Origin: Candidatus Daviesbacteria bacterium
GTDB taxonomy: Bacteria; Patescibacteriota; Microgenomatia; Daviesbacterales; UBA10151
Direction: 5' to 3'
Length of the DNA: 64,000 nucleotides
Assembly (NCBI GenBank): GCA_016176465.1
Contig: JACOXD010000006.1
Location: forward strand, 7,878-71,877
Position numbers and translations under genes: made by a program. This document shows, piece after piece, positions 56,188 through 64,000 of this stretch. Under the pieces are notes generated by a model. It was given only the letters and a program-made list of their open reading frames with translations. It ran no database searches and had not been told where the DNA came from. Every line of letters starts with the position of its first letter. Within the stretch, counting starts at the first letter, position 1.

Positions 56188-57171
56188 CATTTTCTTCCAA
56201 ACTAAACCTAGATCAAATTTTAGAAAATATATTGCGCCAATACCTAATATTAATAGGGCAAGGGTAGTTAGAATATGACCCAAAACTGTACTTGCTGCAA
56301 CTATGTTTGAATTTAATCCTAAAATACCAGAAAAAATTGCTAGTGCGGAAGCTTCTGCAGAGCCTATATAGCCTGGGGCTGATGGAATTAAAAAAGTTAG
56401 TGCTGAGAGTAAATTTCCAAGGTAAGCTTGTATAAGAGTAATATTTAACCCAAAAGCTAAAAATAAAAAAAGCCAAATTAAACCGTCAAGTAAAAAAGCA
56501 AAAGCAGTTAATCCTAGTAGTGATAAAATTTGCCAAGGATTTTTTCTTAATACTGCAAACCCATCAAGAATATTAAAGCTAAAACTTAAGAATTTATTTT
56601 TGAGGATTTTTAAAAAAAATAAGCTGCTTAAGAGCCTTAATAACTTTTTAAAAAAATTAACCTGGGTGATTACCAAAATACTTACCAGAGTAAATATTCC
56701 AAGTATTATAACCAATATTTGGGTAAAATTAGAAGGAAGCTTACTTGATGTAAAGTTTATTAAAATTCCTATGGCAGCCAATGCAAACCAAAAATCAAAA
56801 AATCTATCAATTAATATCCAAATTATAGTTTTTCCTAAAGGAAGAGAATATTGCGTGTTTAAATAAACACTTTTACTAATCTCCCCTGCTCTTATGGGAA
56901 TAAAAAAAGAAAGAAGTTGGCTTAAAAAATTTAAAAAAATTAAATTTTTCCAGGGAATTTTAAATTCATCCAGAATTACTTTTAGCCTAAGAGCCCTGAC
57001 TACAGATGAGGAGGCATATAAAATAAAAAAGACTAAAGTATATTTTAAATCTACCTTTTTTAGAGTATCCAAAAGTTTACTTCCATCGATAAACTGTAGC
57101 CAAATAAAAATTAGTACTACTCCAATTAAGGTATTGATTAGGATTTGTAAAAGAGTTTTTGTAGAAAACAT
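56173..57171 (-). CDS. polytopic membrane protein resembling lysylphosphatidylglycerol-synthase-TM/flippase-like family
   Basis: 332 aa with about 8 TM helices. PSAPGYIGSAEASALAIF motif typical of that family (weak). Confidence 0.45.
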   Translation of the reverse strand: MFSTKTLLQILINTLIGVVLIFIWLQFIDGSKLLDTLKKVDLKYTLVFFILYASSSVVRALRLKVILDEFKIPWKNLIFLNFLSQLLSFFIPIRAGEISKSVYLNTQYSLPLGKTIIWILIDRFFDFWFALAAIGILINFTSSKLPSNFTQILVIILGIFTLVSILVITQVNFFKKLLRLLSSLFFLKILKNKFLSFSFNILDGFAVLRKNPWQILSLLGLTAFAFLLDGLIWLFLFLAFGLNITLIQAYLGNLLSALTFLIPSAPGYIGSAEASALAIFSGILGLNSNIVAASTVLGHILTTLALLILGIGAIYFLKFDLGLVWKKMLKRG

Positions 57172-57184
57172 AGAGAAAAATTAG

Positions 57185-57252
57185 TGTCATTCTGAGCGAA
57201 GCGAAGAATCTAATTAGATCCTTCAATCGTTTCACTCCTTCAGGATGACAAT
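57185..57252. repeat. MITE-like palindromic element (minimal form)
   Basis: gtgtcattctgagcgaagcgaagaatctaattagatccttcaatcgtttcactccttcaggatgacaa. Confidence 0.85.
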
Positions 57253-57293
57253 ATAGATTTTTAATTTAGATGTATTCATAGTATATTAAAGTT

Positions 57294-58172
57294 ATGCTGC
57301 ATGTAAATCTATCCTGGGAATTTCTACAAAATGGGTTTTTTCAAAATAGAAAGGCTTTAATAGGGATTTTTGTTGGACTTATCATCGCCATACCTACCCT
57401 AACCTTTCTTCTTAAAACAAGAGTAGGTTTTCAGTCTCAAGCTTCAACAGATCAACCATATAATCAAACAGTAACTGATAAAACTAAAGATAAAAAAGGT
57501 TTATCGCTTGAGGATTTAACCAAAGACACTAAAGGGGCAACAGATTCAGCTGAAATTACCCCTAAAGTAGGCTTTGGACCAACTCTAAATTTTAAAATTC
57601 AGCTTCAAGGCAGGCCAAAATCTGATCAATCCACCTCCCTTTTTATTGGTTTGGCAGAGGGGGATATCAAGGTAAACCCACCTTATCTTTTAACCTTTAC
57701 CATAGATATAGATAAAACAGGGATTTTTGAAGGGTTATCCTTAGCAGGATTAACAGTTGGAAGTAAATATAGTGCTTACTTAAAAGGAACTGCACAAATT
57801 GCATCCTCATCCACATTTACCATGGGAGGTGCCACTAATATATTAAATTCTAATAATCCCATTTTATTAACCACTGGGGATTTAAATGAAGATAATACCA
57901 TAGATAGTTTGGATTACAACATTGCCAAAGCAGCTATGGGCAAAACCTCTAAATCCCCAAACTGGAACGGAGTTATAGACTTTAACCTGGATAGAGTTAT
58001 TAATAATCTAGATCTATCTATCATTGTTAAAAATATGAGTAAAACAGGCGCGGGTGATTTATATATTTCTAAAGTTTCCAGCCAATCTGGTATCTTAACT
58101 CCAAGTACAGGTTCAACTCCTAATGAGCTACCTACTCCTAGGGGTGGCTATTGGCTCTGGGTTCCAGAGTAA
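57294..58172 (+). CDS. secreted protein with C-terminal dockerin-like Ca-binding repeat pair
   Basis: N-terminal TM/signal. TGDLNEDNTIDSLDYNIAKAAMGK and GVIDFNLDRVINNLDLSIIVKNM resemble the duplicated dockerin type-I segment. Confidence 0.5.
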   Translation: MLHVNLSWEFLQNGFFQNRKALIGIFVGLIIAIPTLTFLLKTRVGFQSQASTDQPYNQTVTDKTKDKKGLSLEDLTKDTKGATDSAEITPKVGFGPTLNFKIQLQGRPKSDQSTSLFIGLAEGDIKVNPPYLLTFTIDIDKTGIFEGLSLAGLTVGSKYSAYLKGTAQIASSSTFTMGGATNILNSNNPILLTTGDLNEDNTIDSLDYNIAKAAMGKTSKSPNWNGVIDFNLDRVINNLDLSIIVKNMSKTGAGDLYISKVSSQSGILTPSTGSTPNELPTPRGGYWLWVPE

Positions 58173-58242
58173 AATTAGCTTTTCCCCATAAAACCTATGA
58201 GCTTGATTTTAAACTATATTAGTAGTATCATTAGCCTCAAAT

Positions 58243-58920
58243 ATGAGTAATATCACCAGACCAGAAGGAGCCAAACACGCTTTCTTAGCATGCCTAGAAC
58301 AATATAATATTGGCGATGAAGAGGTCGTGAGCGCATACTTGGATAAAGCTCGAGACGCTTTAAACACTGAGCTTGATGGACCGGGAGTAAACAGTTTTGC
58401 AGCTTACCAAGCCAGGAGATCCCCTAGTTATTTAATAGACACAGTTTCTTTTGTATCAAGGCTGCCTGATGAATTTCAAGATTTATTTAAGTCATTGTGG
58501 GGAGAAGATCAAGGTAAATCCATGCCTGAGTGGGTCAGATTTAACATAGAAAGAACGGGAACCCCTAATATTCGAGTTATTACCATAAATGGGCAGCCAA
58601 CTCCTGAGCCTCCCCCACAAATCCACAAAGTTAGATTTGAGTTTCTTTCAAACAACGCCATTAATTACCTAAACAAGACCGGAGTAGTATTGCCATCTCA
58701 GGAAATTCTAGCTTCTTTGGAATTAACTATGGAAGGCAATAGAGCTAAGTATCTGTGCCAATACCCAAAACCAAATCCAGTTATGGAAATTTCCCTATCT
58801 GAGCTGCAAAAACCCGATAGAGGAGCTACTATTGCTTTAATGCTGGCTAGAAGTGTGGGTGAGGAGATTGCTTTAATTAAATCCAGGCAGGGCCTTCCTG
58901 AGGGACGCAAAACAGCCTAG
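58243..58920 (+). CDS. hypothetical protein
   Basis: 225-aa ORF. Confidence 0.45.
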   Translation: MSNITRPEGAKHAFLACLEQYNIGDEEVVSAYLDKARDALNTELDGPGVNSFAAYQARRSPSYLIDTVSFVSRLPDEFQDLFKSLWGEDQGKSMPEWVRFNIERTGTPNIRVITINGQPTPEPPPQIHKVRFEFLSNNAINYLNKTGVVLPSQEILASLELTMEGNRAKYLCQYPKPNPVMEISLSELQKPDRGATIALMLARSVGEEIALIKSRQGLPEGRKTA

Positions 58921-60311
58921 AGTTCTATCCAGGATAAATAATTTTTTCCAAGTTCAGGACCTGTGGTGGCAAAAATTACAGGGGCAATATTTTTTCCTAA
59001 GTAATCTAGATACACTTTAGCTTCCTTTGGCAAATCTTTAGGAGATTTTATTTTTTTAATCTCTTCCCCATCCCAACCTTTAAACTCAACTCCCCTAGCT
59101 TCTAACTTATCTAAATGATCTTGATAAGGTAAGTAAAAACTTTTTTCTCCTGTTTTCCTATTTCTATACTCAGTTATAACTTTTATTTTTTCTCCTTTGC
59201 TGGCATCTAAATGGGTTGCAATTAAATATTGATAACCCGCTGCTTTTTTAAGATATTGCGCGATAGGCACAGATACAGGGTATATATCGCGCAATCTGCC
59301 AGTTGAACGACCTTTCTCATCAAACTTTTCTTGGATCCATTTTTCAAGCTTTGGATCAGCAATGGTTGGCAAGATTCTTTGCCCTACAGAAGACATATAA
59401 GTTGTTTTCATTACTGCAGCTCTAATAGCAATATCAGCAGGCTCAACTATAGAGTAAGTTGAATCTCCAATAAAGCGAGACATTGGCCTGGATGAGGTTA
59501 CATCAGGATAGACTCCATGGTATGGATCTAAACCTGCCCCTTGAGCTCCTTCAAAAGTAAAAGCTACTTTAGTATTTTCCCAAGCATTTTTTAAAACTTC
59601 ATAAAAATTCCAACCAATATACTCTCTTAAAGCTACGATACCTACTTTTAAACTATTAATAAAGTCCTTTTCTGAACCTACTCTTAACTTTCCATCAATA
59701 CCTAATCTTTTTACCTCTATATCTGCTAAATTAAACTTTTTTCCAAAACCCAAGGTCATGTTTCTATAAAACTTATAATGATCCCTTAAGAGCCCTTGCC
59801 AATCATTTAGATATAGATCCCCAAAAGTTACTGGGAAACGTAAATAAAAACTGGCATAAGCTGTAGCTAACCCTCTTCCTGTTGAACCCTTTCCTCCTGA
59901 AGTTGCACTGTTATACACAGTTTCTAAGGCTCGATGAGTATCTAGACAAAGAGGAGTTTTAGGATCTATTAATAATTTTCCCGGCAATTTACCTTTAAAG
60001 ATTTTTTTTACTTGACTTAATTCTGTAACTAAGTCTTGAGGGTGAATTACCATTCCTCTTCCCATTAGAGCTGTTGCTCTTTCTTGGATAACTGTCATGG
60101 GAAGTTGATGAGTTACTATCTGTTTACCATTAACATAAACCTCATGCCCTGCATTTGCTCCTCCATTATATCTTAAGGAATATAAAGATCTCTTTGTAGA
60201 TAGCAACCTATTAAATTCTGCAACTACTCTACCCTTACCTGAATCCCCAAAAAATACATCCTCAACTGATACTGAGTTAACTCTGACTCCAGGCTTTAGT
60301 ATAAATTTCAT
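58917..60311 (-). CDS. purA: divergent adenylosuccinate synthetase-like protein
   Basis: FFGDSGKGRVV P-loop, RYNGGANAGHEV and GGKGSTGRGLATAYAS correspond to AdSS motifs GDEGKGK / GGHNAGHT / GTTGRGIGPAY. Confidence 0.6.
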   Translation of the reverse strand: MKFILKPGVRVNSVSVEDVFFGDSGKGRVVAEFNRLLSTKRSLYSLRYNGGANAGHEVYVNGKQIVTHQLPMTVIQERATALMGRGMVIHPQDLVTELSQVKKIFKGKLPGKLLIDPKTPLCLDTHRALETVYNSATSGGKGSTGRGLATAYASFYLRFPVTFGDLYLNDWQGLLRDHYKFYRNMTLGFGKKFNLADIEVKRLGIDGKLRVGSEKDFINSLKVGIVALREYIGWNFYEVLKNAWENTKVAFTFEGAQGAGLDPYHGVYPDVTSSRPMSRFIGDSTYSIVEPADIAIRAAVMKTTYMSSVGQRILPTIADPKLEKWIQEKFDEKGRSTGRLRDIYPVSVPIAQYLKKAAGYQYLIATHLDASKGEKIKVITEYRNRKTGEKSFYLPYQDHLDKLEARGVEFKGWDGEEIKKIKSPKDLPKEAKVYLDYLGKNIAPVIFATTGPELGKNYLSWIEL

Positions 60312-60391
60312 GAATCAAGGTTAGTCTAGCTAATAAATAAGTATTTGACAATAGAGTTAATCAAAGTTAAAATATTCAAAGCTTAAGATAG

Positions 60392-60433
60392 TGAGTTCTT
60401 AGATCCTTCGCTAAAACGCTCAGGATGACACGA
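60392..60433. repeat. half MITE-like element
   Basis: gagttcttagatccttcgctaaaacgctcaggatgacac matches the right arm of the family. Confidence 0.6.
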
Positions 60434-60592
60434 GGATAAATCTCACCGAGGCGGATTTAAGCTAGCGTTTAGTTAATAGCGTCTAGCGTTAAGTTACGCG
60501 CCTTGAGCGCGTTTTTTTATGGAAATCATGAAGAAAGGAAAGATAGAGGTTTAGAAACTTTACCCTTTACGCTAAACCCTATACCCTAGCAG
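60434..60592 (+). promoter_or_regulatory. candidate rplJ (L10) leader with terminator-like hairpin
   Basis: acgcgccttgagcgcgt + T7 at 60494-60517 sits about 75 nt upstream of the rplJ ATG. This resembles the autoregulatory L10 leader arrangement. Confidence 0.3.
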
Positions 60593-61138
60593 ATGCCTAA
60601 AACAAGACAACAAAAGAAAGATTTAGTAACTAAATTAGCTGAGAAGTTAGCTAGAGCTTCCAGCGTAGTTTTTGCAGACTATCGAGGCCTTACTATGGCA
60701 AAGCTACAAGAGCTTAGGAAAGCTTTAAGGGAGCAAGAAGCAGAGTTTAGCATAACCAAAAACAACTTGCTCAAACTGGCAATAAAAGACTCATCACTCA
60801 TTACTAATTACCCATCACTGTTTGAGGGTCCAACTGCAACTCTCTTTGCTTATGGTGACCAAATCTTACCATTAAAAACTATGACAAAATTAATTAAAGA
60901 TACTAAAATTGGGGAAATAAAATTAGGTTTAATGGATGGGGAGATTTTAGATAAATATGCAATTGAAAAACTTGCTTCCCTTCCTTCAAAAGATGAACTT
61001 AGAGCTAAAATTGTGGGAAGCTTGGGCGCTCCACTTTATGGAATTGTTGGGGTTTTGCAAGCTAATTTAAGGAATTTAGTTTACGCACTAGATGGAATTA
61101 GAAAACAAAAAGGAGGTGACATACAAATGTCATCTTGA
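60593..61138 (+). CDS. rplJ: ribosomal protein uL10
   Basis: VVFADYRGLTMAKLQELRKALRE...EFSITKN. Stop codon lies inside a MITE terminal repeat. Confidence 0.9.
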   Translation: MPKTRQQKKDLVTKLAEKLARASSVVFADYRGLTMAKLQELRKALREQEAEFSITKNNLLKLAIKDSSLITNYPSLFEGPTATLFAYGDQILPLKTMTKLIKDTKIGEIKLGLMDGEILDKYAIEKLASLPSKDELRAKIVGSLGAPLYGIVGVLQANLRNLVYALDGIRKQKGGDIQMSS

Positions 61139-61201
61139 GCGTAAGCGAAAGATCTCAAGATTTAAGTCTTTAGATTCTTCGTCTTCGCCTCAGAATGACA
61201 A
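61128..61201. repeat. MITE-like palindromic element spanning the rplJ stop / rplL start
   Basis: tgtcatcttgagcgtaagcgaaagatctcaagatttaagtctttagattcttcgtcttcgcctcagaatgacaa. Confidence 0.85.
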
Positions 61202-61725
61202 TTGTTATTATGCAAGATTTACAAAATAAACCAAAAGATGCTCCAGTAGCTGGAGAAAACACAATAGTTGAAGCTGCGCCAGCAGAGCCTGCAAAAGAAG
61301 CAGCTGAAGTTTTAGAGAAAGTAGAGGAACCTAAACCTGTTTCAGCAAGCTTAGAAAAAATAATTGAACAGATTGAAAAATTATCTGTTTTAGAGTTGGC
61401 TGATTTGGTTCATGCTCTTGAAGAAAGATTTGGAGTAAGCGCAGCAGCTCCTGTAGCAGTTGCAGCAGGTGCCCCCTCCACCGGAGGTGCCGGCGAGCCA
61501 CAGGAAGAACAAACTACTTTTAATGTAGTTTTGGCAAATGCTGGAGCTAATAAAATTGGTGTTATTAAAGCAGTTAGAGAGTTAGTTCCAACTTTAGGAT
61601 TAAAAGAGGCTAAAGATTTAGTTGAAAGCGCACCAAAACCAGTTTTGGAAGGCGTTAATAAGCAGACCGCTGAGGGGGCAAAAGCTAGATTAGTTAGTGC
61701 TGGGGCTCAAGTTGAGTTACAGTAA
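61195..61725 (+). CDS. rplL: ribosomal protein bL12 (L7/L12)
   Basis: [30 protein letters not shown]...[34 protein letters not shown]. The first ATG is the element's cagaATGaca, so the in-frame ATG at 61210 may be the real start. Confidence 0.9.
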   Translation: MTIVIMQDLQNKPKDAPVAGENTIVEAAPAEPAKEAAEVLEKVEEPKPVSASLEKIIEQIEKLSVLELADLVHALEERFGVSAAAPVAVAAGAPSTGGAGEPQEEQTTFNVVLANAGANKIGVIKAVRELVPTLGLKEAKDLVESAPKPVLEGVNKQTAEGAKARLVSAGAQVELQ

Positions 61726-61752
61726 TAGCTTGGTCAGTTAACGGTCAAGCTT

Positions 61753-61772
61753 GCGAAATACTTCGCTTTTTA
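61753..61772 (+). terminator. rho-independent terminator after rplL
   Basis: gcgaa-atac-ttcgc hairpin followed by ttttta. Confidence 0.5.
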
Positions 61773-61811
61773 CAATGATCGTTGTCTTGTAAAGGCTACG
61801 TATTTCTTAAG

Positions 61812-61874
61812 GAGACTGCTAATGAGGCTAAGACGAAACTTACAGCTTCTGGAGCAACAATAGAACTGCAGTAA
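61812..61874 (+). pseudogene. diverged duplicate of the last 20 codons of rplL
   Basis: ETANEAKTKLTASGATIELQ* versus rplL C-terminus [21 protein letters not shown]. Confidence 0.55.
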
Positions 61875-61918
61875 ATTTAGATACAAGAAGCTTGGCATCT
61901 GGTATCTATTTTCGTATC

Positions 61919-61947
61919 TTGACATGTTCTGAAAATATGTGATATAC
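61919..61947 (+). promoter_or_regulatory. sigma70-like promoter (TTGACA -35) upstream of the HTH gene
   Basis: Exact TTGACA. The AT-rich -10 region tgtgatatac lies 15-17 bp downstream. Confidence 0.35.
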
Positions 61948-61958
61948 AAAAGATTAGT

Positions 61959-62195
61959 ATGGCAGATAAAATCTCACTTGAAAATCTCCCAGATTTACTC
62001 ACAGTAAAAGAAGTTGCTCAAGTTCTAAGAGTATCTCCCCTAACAATTAAAAGGTGGGGTAAAAGAGGAAAACTCCCGGCAATTAGAATAAATTCCAGAG
62101 GTGATAGGAGATATAAGAAGGAAGCAGTTCTTTGGTTATTGGGAATCTCCCAAAAATCTTCTGCAGATTCTGGTTCTGGCTCTCCATCATATTAG
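61959..62195 (+). CDS. small HTH DNA-binding protein (excisionase/MerR-like)
   Basis: LTVKEVAQVLRVSPLTIKRWGKRGKLPAIRI fits a helix-turn-helix excisionase/AlpA-type motif. Confidence 0.5.
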   Translation: MADKISLENLPDLLTVKEVAQVLRVSPLTIKRWGKRGKLPAIRINSRGDRRYKKEAVLWLLGISQKSSADSGSGSPSY

Positions 62196-62252
62196 CAATT
62201 AAGTAACTATTTATGCTAGTTGCTATAGATTAGACTTTTACAATAGGAAAAA

Positions 62253-63032
62253 CTATTTTTTCAGAATTAAGAAAATAAATTTCACAAGAGCATCAAATCT
62301 TTTTATCCTCCAAGGTTGAACTATTAATCTAAATAACCATTCAAATCCTATCAGTCTAATAAAAAGTGGTGCTCTTGGAATCTTTCCTGAGATATAATCA
62401 AGGGTGCCTCCAACACCGATAAATACTTTACTATCAATATGTTTTATATTTTCCTTGATCCATTTCTCTTGCTTTCCATGACCAAAAGCTACCAATAAAA
62501 TATCAACTTTTTCTATTTTTATTTTTTCATTATTTAGCATTTCTCCATCACTACTTATTTTTCCACCATGATCTGTATAGACAATTTTCAAATTGGGAAA
62601 TTTAGTTAACAAGCGCTCTTTTGCTTTGGCTGCTACATTTTTTTGCCCTCCCAAAAGGCCTATTCTAAAGCCTTTTTCCTCACAAATAGACATAAATTTC
62701 AGTATTAAATCTGTACCAGTTACTGTAGGAAATTTGCTTTCTATCAATTTAGGAAATATAAAAAAAGGCCAGTAGATCAATTTCACTATAAAGTTGTTAG
62801 TTTCTAAAACTTTTAGTGCCCATCCTAACCTAGAACTATCGGGAATAGATAAATCTGCATCATTTATTATTTTTTTAAATTCTAAATCTTTCTGAGCCTG
62901 TATAATTATTTCTACATTGGTTGTGACTATATAGTGTTTACCCTGGCCACTAATCCAGACTTGAATATGTTTTAAAACATCTTGGTAATTTACTTTACTT
63001 ACTTTTACTCCTAAGATATTAACTTGCTCCAC
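62253..63032 (-). CDS. WecB/TagA/CpsF-family (GT26) glycosyltransferase
   Basis: VNILGVKVSKVNYQDVL...DADLSIPDSSRLGWAL N-terminus and overall length are typical of GT26. Confidence 0.7.
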   Translation of the reverse strand: MEQVNILGVKVSKVNYQDVLKHIQVWISGQGKHYIVTTNVEIIIQAQKDLEFKKIINDADLSIPDSSRLGWALKVLETNNFIVKLIYWPFFIFPKLIESKFPTVTGTDLILKFMSICEEKGFRIGLLGGQKNVAAKAKERLLTKFPNLKIVYTDHGGKISSDGEMLNNEKIKIEKVDILLVAFGHGKQEKWIKENIKHIDSKVFIGVGGTLDYISGKIPRAPLFIRLIGFEWLFRLIVQPWRIKRFDALVKFIFLILKK

Positions 63033-63999
63033 TGTTTACCTCCTTAAATAGCTTAAGTGTCTCTTTTGCAGCTATCTGCCAAGAAAATTTATTTAACTGC
63101 AAATAACCCTTTTTTGTTAGTTTATCCCTAAAATTATTATCCGTTAATTTGATCATACCATCTCTAATTGCATCAATATTATAAGGGTCAACCAAAATGG
63201 CTGCCTCACCTGCAACTTCAGGTAAGGAGGAAATATTTGAAGTTAAAACAGGACAGCCACAAGAGAAAGCCTCCAATATAGGCAAGCCAAATCCTTCAAA
63301 CAGGGAAGGATATACTAAACCTAGTGCTCCGGAATACAAAGCAGGCAAATCCCTATCTTCCACCCTGCCCAGAAATTTTACTTTACCTTCAATTCCCAGC
63401 TTCTTTGGTAACTCGTAAATTTCATCAGATTTCCACCCTTTATCTCCTACTAAAACTAATTTAATACTGTCATTCTGAACCGAAGGTGAAGAATCTATCA
63501 AACTATTCTTTCGCACTTGAGATCCTTCCTCGCTAAAAGGGGCCCGTGCCCTCAGGATGACATCACTAAAAGCCTTAATTAATCTCTCCAGATTTTTCCT
63601 TGGCTGAATTGTTCCTACAAAGAGAAAAAAGTTTTTTGATACTAGGTTATACTGCCTCAAACTGTTTACTAACATCTTACCTTTGACAGCTTTAAATACC
63701 TCTCTATCTACTCCTTCATAAATAACTTTAATTTTTTCCTCCTTAATCCCTACTTTTTCTACTAAATCTTTCTTTGTAGCATTTGATACTGCAATAATTT
63801 TTATGGCAGTTTTGAGTTGAATTTTGGTTATAAATTTTAGATATAAGATTTGTTTTAGCTGATGGTATCCAGGCAGGTATTCTGAACCCAAATCATGAAC
63901 AGTAAGTACAGTTTTAAGTCTTGGATTTCTAACTATGGGCAAAGTATGCGCAGGTATAAAAAGAAGATCTAAGTTATCCTTAAAGGTTTCAATTCCCAA
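63019..63999 (-). CDS. GT4-family glycosyltransferase (N-terminus beyond window) with in-frame palindromic-element insertion
   Basis: C-terminal GT-B motifs FLFVGTIQPRKN...LVLVGDKGW...PSLFEGFGLPILEAFSCGCPVLTS. A 32-codon GC-rich insert sits between the beta-strand and the LVLVGD motif. Confidence 0.75.
   Translation of the reverse strand: MGIETFKDNLDLLFIPAHTLPIVRNPRLKTVLTVHDLGSEYLPGYHQLKQILYLKFITKIQLKTAIKIIAVSNATKKDLVEKVGIKEEKIKVIYEGVDREVFKAVKGKMLVNSLRQYNLVSKNFFLFVGTIQPRKNLERLIKAFSDVILRARAPFSEEGSQVRKNSLIDSSPSVQNDSIKLVLVGDKGWKSDEIYELPKKLGIEGKVKFLGRVEDRDLPALYSGALGLVYPSLFEGFGLPILEAFSCGCPVLTSNISSLPEVAGEAAILVDPYNIDAIRDGMIKLTDNNFRDKLTKKGYLQLNKFSWQIAAKETLKLFKEVNSGAS
63468..63563. repeat. MITE-like palindromic element inserted in-frame in the GT4 gene
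   Basis: tgtcattctgaaccgaaggtgaagaatct...gatccttcctcgctaaaaggggcccgtgccctcaggatgacat. 96 nt = 32 codons, read through as ...SDVILRARAPFSEEGSQVRKNSLIDSSPSVQNDS... Confidence 0.8.
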
Positions 64000-64000
64000 T

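Noticed and set aside
1-64000. CRISPR array
   Set aside because: The repeated palindromic elements are dispersed, variable in length and lack regularly spaced unique spacers. No CRISPR-like array is present.

Overview
This 64-kb window is AT-rich (roughly one-third GC by eye), gene-dense bacterial DNA. The gene content looks like a small-genome, Candidate Phyla Radiation/Patescibacteria-type organism; that assignment is an inference from gene features. These include N-terminally extended NusG and L1, a membrane-anchored ClpC, type IV pilin, many glycosyltransferases and secreted cysteine-rich proteins. Housekeeping genes present: topA, clpC-like ATPase, dprA, PBP2-mreD-mreC, pyrC/pyrE/pyrF/pyrD-like pyrimidine genes, mreB, def-fmt, bL28, a bL33 gene missed by the ORF track, three tRNAs (Thr-UGU, Thr-GGU, Trp-CCA), lepB, PBP1A, and a secE-nusG-rplK-rplA / rplJ-rplL cluster. 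Accessory content: two VapBC-like PIN toxin-antitoxin pairs, GH1 and clan-A glycosidases, a 31-45 kb island of paralogous secreted Cys-rich surface proteins with an inserted DUF3800 gene, and clusters of GT2, GT26 and GT4 glycosyltransferases. The most striking feature is a dispersed family of about 70-190 bp GC-rich palindromic, MITE-like elements. Their ends are TGTCATYCTGAGC...GCTCAGRATGACA and there are at least 10 copies. They sit at gene junctions, where they supply start and stop codons. Three are also inserted in-frame inside conserved genes (pyrC, a GT4 glycosyltransferase and probably topA), analogous to Rickettsia palindromic elements. A 4-gene insertion flanked by these elements splits the conserved rplKA-rplJL arrangement. 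Diverged duplicated 3'-end remnants follow secE and rplL. No CRISPR array or rRNA is present.
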